Shown here: piece after piece, positions 9,484 through 20,238 of the stretch
How positions within the stretch are numbered: the stretch's first letter is position 1
Layout: each line of letters begins with the position of its first letter
Assembly (NCBI RefSeq): GCF_000981445.1
Contig: NW_012237334.1
Location: 1 to 36,669 of the forward strand
Direction of reading: 5' to 3'
Length of the DNA: 36,669 nt
From: Babesia bigemina
Taxonomy: Eukaryota
Program-made: the position numbers and the translations under genes
The notes under the pieces: generated by a model
The model's database searches: none
Told to the model about the DNA's origin: nothing
The model's input: only the letters and a program-made list of their open reading frames with translations

Positions 9484-10438
9484 TCAGCTGTAAAACGCGA
9501 TGCAGAAGGGTATCTTGCGTACGAGGAAATCGCGGATGTTGCGGCCCACCGGGAAGCGGAAGATGCACAGGTCGAGCAGGATGATGGCGACGATGATGGC
9601 AACGATGACGGCGGCGATGGCTTGAGGGTTAGGGGGGGACGGTGTGGAGGCTTCTGGATTAGGAACGTCGATGGCATTTTCTTGATCGCTGGTGCCACGT
9701 TGTTCACTGGTCTGAGGCTCAGCACCGGGGGAAGTATGTGAAGTCTGTGGACCGGGGGGAAGGGGGGGAGGAATTTGCTTGCAGACGGGATCATCCTCTG
9801 AACATTTCTTTACACAACATTCACATTTACAGTTTTTCTCATTGCCTGCGCATTGTTTCTTACATTTTGAATCCTCGCAGTCGTAAGACCTCCGGCGTGC
9901 TTGTCGCGTTACGAAATATCCGTAACATTCACCGCAATAGTCACTCTTACATGTTTTACAACACCATGGACAACAATCACAAAAATTGCCCATTCGACAT
10001 GTATTACCACAAATACACTTCCCCATCTTCTCCCTCCCTTCCCAGTCACTCAACCTGCTAACATATCAATCACCTATGCAAGCACTCACCAACTGCAACA
10101 CTACCACTGCCGCTCCCAGTCCCCTCAACCTGCGAACATCAATCACCTAGAAACGCACTCACCAACTGCACACGTACCACTGCCGCTCCCAGTCCCCTCA
10201 GCCTGCAAGCATATCAATCACACAAGCAACGCACTCACCAACTGCAACACGTACCACTGCCGCTCCCACTCCCCTCAACCTGCAAACATCAATCACCTAG
10301 CAACGCACTCACCAACTGCAACACGTGCCACTGCCGCTCCCAGTCCACTCATCAACGCACTCACCCCTGTATCCCCCCAGCCCAGGCCACCGACACCCAC
10401 GCCACCCAGGATACCACAGATGCCCTGAAGCGACGCAT
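9484..10438 (-). CDS. Small Cys-rich single-pass membrane protein, copy 1; proposed join(10438..10365,10054..9484), 214 aa
   Basis: Exon 1 encodes MRRFRASVVSWVAWVSVAWAGGIQG (signal-peptide-like) and ends at GG|GTGAGT. The acceptor TTAGCAG|G at 10055/10054 restores the frame into LSDWEGREKMGKCICG. Then a Cys/Lys-rich domain, Pro/Ser/Thr stalk, hydrophobic helix and basic tail. The main exon is secure; the splice model is inferred. Confidence 0.75.
10040..10364. repeat. Satellite E: ~73-77-bp tandem unit (about 4 copies) inside the proposed intron
   Basis: The CCCAGTCCCCTCAACCTGC-like anchor recurs at ~10115, 10188, 10265 and 10339. Confidence 0.9.
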
Positions 10439-10854
10439 GTTATCAGCACCAACTGTCACTCCAAATTATCTACTATTCGCAACGCCATAAAAATGGCAGC
10501 GACCCGTGCGCTCAACTCCCACAGTGCAGCAGCACCGTGCTACGAGCCGCGGTATCGGCGCCATGCTGGCGGAGCGTGTCGGCTACGTGCCTATATGTGA
10601 TATTAACAATCGCTACCTTGCCGCCTATAAATGCTACTTAACCGGGCCAACGCGCATTACGCCACCCTGCCAGTGACTCGCAACACACGACTTAGGTCAC
10701 CCGCCGCGGCCCTCACGGCCGCCTACGTTAGCAACCAATCACCCAGCCTCACGTGACAGTGACTTAATGGACAACGCAGACACCTCTCACAGTCAACGCA
10801 CAACTCAACGCACCAGGCAATCAACGTGTTACAACACCCACCAAATTACGGTTC

Positions 10855-11477
10855 ATGTGCTCGCTTAGCACTTTGCCTGGCTGCTCGCTTACCACTTTGC
10901 CTGGTTGCTAACTTAGCACTTTGCCTGATTGCTAGCTTACCACTTTGCCTGGGTGCTAACTTAGCACTTTGCCTGATTGCTAGCTTACCACTTTGCCTGG
11001 TTGCTAGCTTAGCACTTAGCTTGCGTGCCAGCTTACCACTTTGCCTGGATGCTAGCTCAGCACTTTGCCTGGGTGCTAGCTCAGCACTTTGCCTGGGTGC
11101 TAGCTTAGCACTTTACCTGGGTGCTAGCTTAGCACGTTGCTTGAGTGCTAGGTCAACACGTTGCCTGTGTGCTAGGTTAGCACTTTGCCTGTGTGCTAGG
11201 TTAGCACTTTGCCTGTGTGCTAGGTTAGCACTTTGCCTGTGTGCTAGGTTAGCACTTTGCCTGAGTGCCAGCTTAGCACCTTGCCTGGATGCTAGGTTAA
11301 CACGTTGCCTGTGTGCTAGCTTAGCACCTTGCCTGGATGCTAGCTTAGCACTTTGCCTGGTTGCTAGGTTAACACGTTGCCTGGGTGCTAGGTCAACACG
11401 TTGCCTGGGTGCTAGGTTAGCACTTTGCCTGTGTGCTAGGTTAGCACGTTGCATGAGTGCTAGGTTAGCACTTTGCA
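10855..11477. repeat. Satellite D: 24-bp unit (GCTAGGTTAGCACTTTGCCTGTGT and variants)
   Basis: Direct tandem repetition downstream of ves-like gene 2. Confidence 0.95.
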
Positions 11478-11622
11478 TTGTCGTTCACTCATCACCTAAA
11501 TTAGGTGCTATCTAGTTCACAGGTTGCCGCTAGAGTAATTCGAGACATTAGACTACGTTTGTTTGTTAGGTGAGTAGGTGAGTAGTTACGTGAGTTGCTG
11601 TGAATTACTAGTGTGAATACAA

Positions 11623-14600
11623 TTACGGTTGTAGATACGATATCTTGGCAAGCCTTCCGACTTGCGCTGCAGCCAACAATGATTGCGCTGTAATCTTGTG
11701 CGATGACGGTATCCTCAGATGTGAGCGTATGTGGAGCACATCCAGTCTGCCAACCATTACGCAAAGAAGGTAGAAGAGGGATAGTGACCAAAGTGCGACG
11801 TTCATCCATATAAACGGCTGCCTGATGGCGAAAATGAATTCATCGCACTTTTCGAAAAGCTTACTGAAGTAGGTCGAGTTGAGAACGTTGCTAAGTTGAG
11901 TGCAGAAGTCGGAGCATTTCTTCAGCGTCGTACCCTCATTCAGAGTGAAAGGTTCACCGAAGCATAAACCGTATTGGTACAACGTTGCGGAGACACCCTT
12001 GCATTGGACAATCGAATCGCATCTGCAAACAGCGTTTGGTTTGACCTTATCAACAACACCGTGAGCTCCCTTCTTACATACGTCGCCCCGCAAGCAACCG
12101 CGACATCCCCAATCTTGGCAATTGATAGCACAGAAAGAGTTGTACAAACTGTTAAGCAGGTTCCAAAACGTCCACGGTAAGTATGTTACCCATGAGAGGT
12201 AGGTGTCAGTATTTTTGTTGGTCATGTAGTAATAGCTGTCGGAGGCAAGCGATGAGAGGTACGGCGCACACTTCTGACCGCTACATGTTGTAGTCATGGA
12301 CAGACTAGACAAATCGCCCTTCTTAACGTCTTCTTTACTGTCCTTAACGGGTACAGTTTCATGCTTCTTGGAATCATGCTTTTGTTGATTGCTACCGTAA
12401 GCGTCCTCGAGTGCAGTGGTCAGCGTATCGGCGTTCTTATACAGCTCGATAGTGAGCTTGGAAATGGATGATTCAAATGCTGCACTCAATGTTTTGATGT
12501 CCGGAATTTGCTTAGGTTTATCAGCATTAATACCCCTCATTAGCGACAACACAAAGCTCTGATGCTCCGCAAGCGTTGAGGGTGGCCTGGGCACGAGACT
12601 GAATAGCGATGTATGATACGTGTTGGTAAAGTATTTTTCCAGCACGTCGCATATGTCTCTGCCTGTCCTCGTTGTCCCAGAAAAGCCTCTAAATCCAAGC
12701 GGCGTCAGGCACTGCATCCCGGGTTTATTGCCTGGACAATTAGCGCATTTGGGCCTGCACCCGATGCCACTTAGGGAATGCGGTAACCAGCCGGGTAGAG
12801 AGTCATTTAGGTAGGACTGAAGTGGTGATTTTGGTTGGCACGTTGGTTCATCATTTGGTTGGTCATTTGGTTTGTCTTTTGGATGCCCCTTACATGGCCA
12901 CTTAGCTGATGACACAGTCTTGCCGTACTGGCAGCTCGACCAGCCATGGATACCCGTCGGGTAACTGCACTGGTGCATCAGGAATTTCAGCGGCGGGAAC
13001 ATCCTGCGTAATATGTCGAGCAACATGTCGAGGCAATCGTCGCCTTTCTGCGGATAATAGAAATTATGCGAGTTGTTGCAATAGTCGCTGGCGTACGTGG
13101 TCTCTGCGTCTCCGGTGCCCAGGACTCTGGTCAAGACGTCGTAGGATTGCGCGCACAGATCGTCAAGCGACGAGACGATGCCTTGATAGTTTATGGCGTG
13201 AGGCGCTGCATCAATGAAGTTTTTGTCAACTTGCGTTATAATGATCTCGTCCTCGGCGTTTTGCTTCGCTGGATCATCAAACAGCTCAGTGATTGTTGCG
13301 TGCTGCATTACTGGGTTCACGGGGTTATACAGTAAACCAGCGCACCAAACGAGCATCTCGTACACGGAACATGGAATGCGTTTGGCAGTGAAAGTCGCCA
13401 TGTGACCAACAGTGTAATACGTTTCCAGGTGGTGATGGAGGCACTTGAGAACGTTGAGCACGTTGATGCTTTTACCTTTCTTCTTTTTACCGTTTTCGTC
13501 CTCTTCAATTGATCCACATATCTTAAAGTGTTTCTTAATATTATCCGTGTTTTGAAGTTTCCTTTTTAGGTTATTCAGTATATGGTTGCCTATCATGTCT
13601 TCATGACGCCTCAACTCGCCATCTTGAGAATTATCTTTGGTAGCCACTTTGTAACCACAACCGATTAAAAACGAACCAAGACCGCTAATACGATGTATTT
13701 GTTTGCCGTTCCATTGTGCTTCACATTTCTCTCTCAGCGTCTTTAGGTCTCCAACTAGCATCTCAAGCAGGGTGAGGAAGGCTTTGGCGACGTTTCGGCC
13801 TTCGGTCGTTAACACAGCTTTATCGGTGTCAGCATTTTGGACCAGCTCATCAAACGTTTTCCCCGAATACCTATTAACGTACGCCTTTCCCAGCACCGAC
13901 GCCAGGTCAGCGAACCCCTCCTTGAACGCCTGCGAGAGCACCGTGTTGGGTTGGCCGAATTTACCAGGCGTCAACTTATTTAATTCGTCAGTAAGAGCAT
14001 CTAAATTGTTACAAAACTCGTGGTCGAAGTGTTGCGATTGCACGAGTTTGGCGAGCAATTTGCGGAGGGCTTCCTTGGATGGGTCGATCTGCTTTAAGTC
14101 GGAGGTGAGATCCTTTTGCTTCTCTAGATATTCGAACGAATCTTTGAGGCAGGTATTAAATTTATTGGCCGCCTGGCTCAGCGGGTAGATTTTCCGCAAT
14201 CCCTGCACAGTGAACGACGTAGCGTCAATGGCGCCGATCGCTTCAATGCTGCCGACGAACTTCTCATCGAATTTCTTCATGAACCCCTTGAGTCCGATAT
14301 TCAAGTCGCTGTTAACCTCGATAAGTAGCGGTTTTAATTCGCTCTCGGTCTTCTTGGCGAATGCCCTGAGCAATGCGTCTATTGAGCTAACGTACTGCCT
14401 GCGGGCGTGGGTGGAGAGTTGTTGCTTAACATCTCCCACCTGTCTATCCAGGTATTCATAGAGCTCGTCAATGCACTTTTGTTGTAGCACTTTCGTGTCG
14501 GTGTTGATAAACGTCTCGGTGGCTTTGATGATTTTATCCAGTGTCTTGCTTTGTAGGGTGTTAAGTTGGTCATGAAGATCTTTAAGCTGCTTGTCAATAA

Positions 14601-17600
14601 GATTATCTGCGAGATTATCTAATTGCGAATCGATGTCTTTCGCGTGGTTCCTAACATAACCGCACATAAACTTGAGGTAGTCCCTAACGTCTGTGATATT
14701 TGTGTCTTTCAGCTTCTGAATTTCTTCCTTGATCGTCACGAGGCCTTTGACGTCGGTGTGAGTATTCATGTCAGCGGCAGTGAGGGAAACAGGATCTTTG
14801 CCAAGCATCTTGTCGAGCTCTAACAGGTAAGCGTGGACACTGTCGGTGTCTGACTTCGGACTCTTGTCAACAAGGTCCTTGACTTTGTCGGTGAAGGCGG
14901 TGAGGCTGGTGTCGACGGTGGCGCGCGATTTGTTAAAAGTCTGAGTGCCTATTGTGTCATCATTGCCAGGTTCATTAACCAGCTCTGCGAGCGATGCAAG
15001 TCCTTGCTTCTGGATATTGTTGATCGCTGAAGGAAGTTTACCGGTTGTTTCACCAAATGCCGTACTGACGTGAGTACGGTAAGTTATCAGTGTAGATGCT
15101 GTATTAACATCCACAGAACCGCTCGCTTCTGGCAATTGTCCATCCAAAATCGTCTTAATTCTCTCAGTAGCCTGAATTGATAGTGGGTTGGGACCCGTAG
15201 TATCTTTAAGCTTCTCTTCAAGAATTCTTCCAAGGCCTTTAATCTCATCCATAGCCGTCTTCAAGTTACGAATCTGACACGTTTTAAGAATGTTATAAAT
15301 TTCTTTTGATAGATCTTGAGCAAGCGCATTTACCGCAGGAATGATGATTTCAAGAGCCGTCTTTAGATATTGCTGCTTTCCTGTATTAGGCTTAGTAAGT
15401 TTTTGTTTTGATTGCAAGTCAGCCTCAATGGCTGTAACGGTTGTCTCAATACTCATTGCCTGCGGAATTTTCAGCTCCATCTTCGTTACAAAACTCTGGA
15501 ATTTGTCAGTCAGCTGGTCCAGATCTGTAATGCCGTGTATCCCTGATTCCGTAGCAGCCTCCGTAACCAATTGCTTAACATAACTTGGAATATAATCTCT
15601 GATGGCTTCTTTGACGCTTTTTGCATTCAGCTGCCTATGTGTAGTCACGTTCTCTCCAACATAAAAGTCAATGTAGGTTTCCGCCGTTCCATTTTTTTCA
15701 TTTACAATTTTCGTAACCATTTCCTTAATATATTTTTCAAATAGATCTTTGAAACCAGTTGCGTATGCCGTTACGTTTGCTACCACTGCGCCAAGAAGGC
15801 TCGTTTCATCTTTTGCTATCTTATCAGTATGCTTCAGGAGTGCCGTTTTTATATGTTCTGGCAACTTAGTCTTGATGTAATCCAACAGCTTCGTCTTAAT
15901 ATGGCTTTTCACTGCCGCCAATTCCTCTTTAAGCACCCCGTCCATTACTTTTACAGCACCGATAGCCTGTACCACCAAAGCCTCAACTTGCTGCTTAGCA
16001 TCAAACGCCTTCTGCCGCAGCTGATCAGCTTTATCTTGCAATACTTTCGCCGCCTGTTTAACGGCTCCTTTATCACCGGGTTGTTTCTGGTCATCTCCAT
16101 TCAACTTCTTGACAACCTCATTACACTTCTTCTGCGCCAATCTAACAGCCTCCGTGCCCGCTGCTTTCCACTCATCCAACTCGCTAACTTTGGTGCCGAG
16201 TGCCTTCTCAAGTTTCGTAATTTCAGCAAGCAGACTCTTTTTATGGTTGGGATTTTTGCTTCCCGCATCCTCATCGATTTCTCTTCTAATTTCTTCCACT
16301 TGTTTGCGTAATGTTTCCTTGATGATTTTTTTCGCCTCCTCCATCCACTGCTTTAGTTCCTTCACCAACCATTCAAGTTGCAAATTCATTGCTCTGAGTT
16401 CCTTCAAAATCAATGTAACAATGTTTTTCAAATTTGACACTAGCGTCGTTACGCGCTCACAAACGTTCTTTCTTACGCCACTTCTTAGGTTTTCAAGCGT
16501 ATCTGTCGTGACCTTAATCGTCGCATCTAGGTCACTCCGCTCCTTCTGAGCCAAGGTCCTAAGCCTCTCGCTCTCGTGCTTAACATTGCCAATGGAATGT
16601 CTAACTTTAGTTTCTATTTTGTCATTCAAGTCGGTAATAGATTTATTCATATCTGTTTGTGTTTTAAGATTAAAAGCTGTGTTGAACGTGTCGGCTGCCT
16701 GCTGGCATTCCGTCAGTTTATCTCGCATCTGTCTCTCGGCTTGCTCAACTGCATCATGTGCAGCGTCTTGCGATACCTGAATAGCATTAAGACCATCAAG
16801 TAACGTACCTTTTTCTGCCTTGACGTATTTTAAGAGTGTCCTTATTGGATTTCTAATGGAGGTATTAGACTGCTCCACTGCCTTATTATACCCCCGCACC
16901 CCTTCGACCACCTTCACAATCGCATCATTAAAACCTTTTTTGCCGGCGTGTTTATTTTGCTTAAGTGACGTAATTGCATCATCTAAAGTATCTTTATGCT
17001 GCCCTAAATGGCCTTGGATGTTACTGAGAACACCACTCAAAAATCCCATCACCCCGTCACACAGCCTGTCCAGGTCGGAGTAGACAATCCCAGAGCCGTC
17101 GTAGCCTTTGGAATTAGGGTCGAAGCCTAGGAAAGTTTCGAGGCCGGAACAAAGATTCTCTAAAAGGTTTTTACAATTGTCTTCTTTAGTCAATCCTTCA
17201 AGACTCTTTTTAAGATTTTCAACCTGAGACAACTTGGAGTCAATGTCCTTATAAGCCTGGGACTTGGGATAGTCACTGTGCTGTTTTTTACACTTATCAA
17301 GGGACTTTTCGAGAATTTCTAAATTAAGAGATTTTTTGCCATTATCAGATTTTTGACGTTTTTTAGAATCTTCAATTTTCTTCTCGTAGTACTGACAGTA
17401 AGTCTCCTTATCAGAGTATTTGAAGGGGCAAGAAAGCTTAGATTTTTCGGCTTCGAGGGACTTTTCAGCCTTTTCAATAGCCTCCTCAATCAACTTTTTC
17501 AAAGCTTTGGCCAACTGGTCAAGACCATCACCATTACCACCATTCCCATACCTAACCTGGATCAACCAGTCGATAGACTCAGTCAGAAGGGTAGTGAAGG

Positions 17601-17607
17601 GTGTCAA
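11623..17607 (-). CDS. ves/VESA-like variant surface antigen, gene 2 (open frame 1994 aa; true start uncertain)
   Basis: ESIDWLIQVRYG N-terminal motif, YSDLDRLCDGVMGFL, long helical region, Cys-rich C-terminal region (SPLQSYLNDSLPG, CLTPLGFRGF), TM helix, tail LDVLHIRSHLRIPSSHKITAQSLLAAAQVGRLAKISYLQP typical of Babesia ves-type proteins. The track start is TTG, the leader ATG at 17641 is out of frame, and the first in-frame ATG is 17049. Confidence 0.88.
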   Translation of the reverse strand: MTPFTTLLTESIDWLIQVRYGNGGNGDGLDQLAKALKKLIEEAIEKAEKSLEAEKSKLSCPFKYSDKETYCQYYEKKIEDSKKRQKSDNGKKSLNLEILEKSLDKCKKQHSDYPKSQAYKDIDSKLSQVENLKKSLEGLTKEDNCKNLLENLCSGLETFLGFDPNSKGYDGSGIVYSDLDRLCDGVMGFLSGVLSNIQGHLGQHKDTLDDAITSLKQNKHAGKKGFNDAIVKVVEGVRGYNKAVEQSNTSIRNPIRTLLKYVKAEKGTLLDGLNAIQVSQDAAHDAVEQAERQMRDKLTECQQAADTFNTAFNLKTQTDMNKSITDLNDKIETKVRHSIGNVKHESERLRTLAQKERSDLDATIKVTTDTLENLRSGVRKNVCERVTTLVSNLKNIVTLILKELRAMNLQLEWLVKELKQWMEEAKKIIKETLRKQVEEIRREIDEDAGSKNPNHKKSLLAEITKLEKALGTKVSELDEWKAAGTEAVRLAQKKCNEVVKKLNGDDQKQPGDKGAVKQAAKVLQDKADQLRQKAFDAKQQVEALVVQAIGAVKVMDGVLKEELAAVKSHIKTKLLDYIKTKLPEHIKTALLKHTDKIAKDETSLLGAVVANVTAYATGFKDLFEKYIKEMVTKIVNEKNGTAETYIDFYVGENVTTHRQLNAKSVKEAIRDYIPSYVKQLVTEAATESGIHGITDLDQLTDKFQSFVTKMELKIPQAMSIETTVTAIEADLQSKQKLTKPNTGKQQYLKTALEIIIPAVNALAQDLSKEIYNILKTCQIRNLKTAMDEIKGLGRILEEKLKDTTGPNPLSIQATERIKTILDGQLPEASGSVDVNTASTLITYRTHVSTAFGETTGKLPSAINNIQKQGLASLAELVNEPGNDDTIGTQTFNKSRATVDTSLTAFTDKVKDLVDKSPKSDTDSVHAYLLELDKMLGKDPVSLTAADMNTHTDVKGLVTIKEEIQKLKDTNITDVRDYLKFMCGYVRNHAKDIDSQLDNLADNLIDKQLKDLHDQLNTLQSKTLDKIIKATETFINTDTKVLQQKCIDELYEYLDRQVGDVKQQLSTHARRQYVSSIDALLRAFAKKTESELKPLLIEVNSDLNIGLKGFMKKFDEKFVGSIEAIGAIDATSFTVQGLRKIYPLSQAANKFNTCLKDSFEYLEKQKDLTSDLKQIDPSKEALRKLLAKLVQSQHFDHEFCNNLDALTDELNKLTPGKFGQPNTVLSQAFKEGFADLASVLGKAYVNRYSGKTFDELVQNADTDKAVLTTEGRNVAKAFLTLLEMLVGDLKTLREKCEAQWNGKQIHRISGLGSFLIGCGYKVATKDNSQDGELRRHEDMIGNHILNNLKRKLQNTDNIKKHFKICGSIEEDENGKKKKGKSINVLNVLKCLHHHLETYYTVGHMATFTAKRIPCSVYEMLVWCAGLLYNPVNPVMQHATITELFDDPAKQNAEDEIIITQVDKNFIDAAPHAINYQGIVSSLDDLCAQSYDVLTRVLGTGDAETTYASDYCNNSHNFYYPQKGDDCLDMLLDILRRMFPPLKFLMHQCSYPTGIHGWSSCQYGKTVSSAKWPCKGHPKDKPNDQPNDEPTCQPKSPLQSYLNDSLPGWLPHSLSGIGCRPKCANCPGNKPGMQCLTPLGFRGFSGTTRTGRDICDVLEKYFTNTYHTSLFSLVPRPPSTLAEHQSFVLSLMRGINADKPKQIPDIKTLSAAFESSISKLTIELYKNADTLTTALEDAYGSNQQKHDSKKHETVPVKDSKEDVKKGDLSSLSMTTTCSGQKCAPYLSSLASDSYYYMTNKNTDTYLSWVTYLPWTFWNLLNSLYNSFCAINCQDWGCRGCLRGDVCKKGAHGVVDKVKPNAVCRCDSIVQCKGVSATLYQYGLCFGEPFTLNEGTTLKKCSDFCTQLSNVLNSTYFSKLFEKCDEFIFAIRQPFIWMNVALWSLSLFYLLCVMVGRLDVLHIRSHLRIPSSHKITAQSLLAAAQVGRLAKISYLQP

Positions 17608-17666
17608 GGCACAAGTTATTAGGATGGTTTCCAGAAACCATAGCGGTATTATGGCGAGGTAATTCG

Positions 17667-19430
17667 AGGGATGTAGAGTGGACAGAGGAGCGATGTAAGG
17701 TGGGTTAAGGAGCGATGTAGAGTGGATAAAGGGGCGATGTGGAGTGGGTTAGGGAGCGATGTAGAGTGGATAAAGGAGCGATGTAGAGTGGATTAGGGAG
17801 CGATGTAGAGTGGGTTAGGGAGCGATGTGGAGTGGATAAAGGGGCGATGTAGAGTGGGTTAAGGGGCGATGTAGAGTGGATAAAGAAGCGATGTAGAGTG
17901 GACAAAGGGGCGATGTGGAGTGGGTAAAGGGGCGATGTAGAGTGGGTTAGGGAGCGATGTGGAGTGGACAAAGGGGCGATGTGGAGTGGGCTAGGGAGCG
18001 ATATAGAGCGGATAAGGGGCGATGTGGAGTGGGTTAGGGAGCGATGTGGAGTGGATAAAGGGGCGATGTAAGGTGGATAAAGGGGCGATGTAGAGTGGGT
18101 TAGGGAGCGATGTGGAGTGGGTTAAGGGCGATGTAGAGTGGGTAAAGGAGCGATGTGGAGTGGGTAAAGGGCGATGTAGAGTGGGTAAAGGAGCGATGTA
18201 GAGTGGGTATAGGGGCGATGTAGAGTGGGTAAAGGAGCGATGTAGAGTGGACAAAGGAGCGATGTAGAGTGGATAAGGGGCGATGTAGAGTGGATTAAGG
18301 AGCGATGTAGAGTGGGTAGAGGGGCGATGTAGAGTGGGTAAGGGAGCGATGTAGAGTGGATAAAGGAGCGATGTAGAGTGGATAAAGGAGCGATGTGGAG
18401 TGGATAGAAGAGCGATTAGAGGAGGTTAAGGGGCGATGTGGAGTGGATAAAGGGCGATGAAGCGTGGATAAAGGGCGATGTAGAGTGGATAAGGAGCGAT
18501 GTGGAGTGGATAAAGGAGCGATGTAGAGTGGATAAGGAGCGATGTGGAGTGGATAAAGGAGCGATGTAGAGTGGATAAAGGGGCGATGGAGAGTGGGTTA
18601 AGGGGCGATGTAGAGTGGATTAAGGGGCGATGTAAGGTGGAGTAAGGAGCGATGAAGAGTGGGTTAGGGAGCGATGTGGAGTGGGTAAAGGGGCGATGTG
18701 GAGTGGATAAAAAGGCGATGTGGAGTGGATTAGGGAGCGATGTAGAGTGGGTAAGGGAGCGATGTAGAGTGGGTTAAGGGGCGATGTAGAGTGGATTAAG
18801 GGCGATGTAGAGTGGATAAGGGGCGATGTAAGGTGGAGTAAGGAGCGATGAAGAGTGGGTTAGGGAGCGATGTGGAGTGGGTAAAGGGGCGATGTGGAGT
18901 GGGTAAAGGGGCGATGTGGAGTGGATAAAAAGGCGATGTGGAGTGGATTAGGGAGCGATGTAGAGTGGGTTAAGGGGCGATGTAGAGTGGATTAAGGGCG
19001 ATGTAGAGTGGATAAGGGGCGATGGAGAGTGGGTTAGGGAGCGGTGTAGAGTGGATAAAGGGGCGATGTAGAGTGGGTTAAGGGGCGGTGTAGAGTGGGT
19101 TAGGGAGCGATGTAGAGTGGATGAAGGAGCGATGTAGAGTGGACAAAGCAGCGATGAAAAGTGGGTAAAGGGGCGATGTAGAGTGGGTTAGGGAGCGATG
19201 TAGAGTGGATAAAGGGGCGATGTAGAGTGGGTTAAGGGGCGGTGTAGAGTGGGTTAGGGAGCGATGTAGAGTGGATGAAGGAGCGATGTAGAGTGGACAA
19301 AGCAGCGATGAAAAGTGGGTAAAGGGGCGATGTAGAGTGGGTTAGGGAGCGATGTAGAGTGGATAAGGGAGCGATGTAAGGTGGATAAAGGGGCGATGTA
19401 GAGTGGGTAAGGGAGCGATGTAGAGTGGAT
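17667..19430. repeat. Satellite A, longest array (~1.75 kb)
   Basis: Same unit as 7199-7896. Confidence 0.97.
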
Positions 19431-19444
19431 AATAATCACCACTT

Positions 19445-20120
19445 GTGTCCATGTCATCGCTGCCGTGACCATGTCATCGCTGCCGTGTCTATGTCATCGC
19501 TGCCGTGTCTATGTCATCGCTGCCGTGACCATGTCATCGCTACCGTGTCCATGTCATCGCTGCCGTAACCATCAACTGTCATCGCTGCCGTGACCATCAA
19601 CTGTCATCGCTGCCGTAACCATGTCATCGCTGCCGTAACCATCAACTGTCATCGCTGCCGTGACCACCAACTGTCATCGCTGCCGTAACCATCAACTGTC
19701 ATCGCTGCCGTGACCACCAACTGTCATCGCTGCCGTGACCATCAACTTGGTCAGCACTTTGGTCATCACCTTGGTCAACACGTTGGTCATCACCTTGGTC
19801 ATCACCTTGGTCAACACGTTGGTCGTGGCATTGGTCAGCACTTTGGTCACCACCTTGGTCGTGGCATTGGTCAGCACATTGGTCAACACATTGGTCACCA
19901 CTTTGGTCAGCACGTTGGTCAGCACATTGGTCATGGCATTGGTCAGCACACTGGTCAGCACGTTGGTCAACACTTTGGGCAGCATCTTGGTCAACACTTT
20001 GGTCATGGCATTGGTCAGGTGCTTGGTCACCACTTTGGTCACCACTTTGGTCAGCACGTTGGTCAGCACTTTGGTCAGCACTTTGGTCATGGCATTGGTC
20101 AGGTGCTTGATCACCTCACT
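19445..20120. repeat. Satellite B (~19445-19745) then satellite C (~19746-20120)
   Basis: Direct tandem repetition; near identical to ~8310-8880. Confidence 0.95.
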
Positions 20121-20238
20121 GGTCATGTAATTAGTCATCAATGCAATCACTATCCTGTCTAGAACATTAGAAGTCAGTTGCCAGTTAGGTGATCTGTGGG
20201 ATGTGGATTACGAAAATTGCGCTAACAAATCGCTGGTA

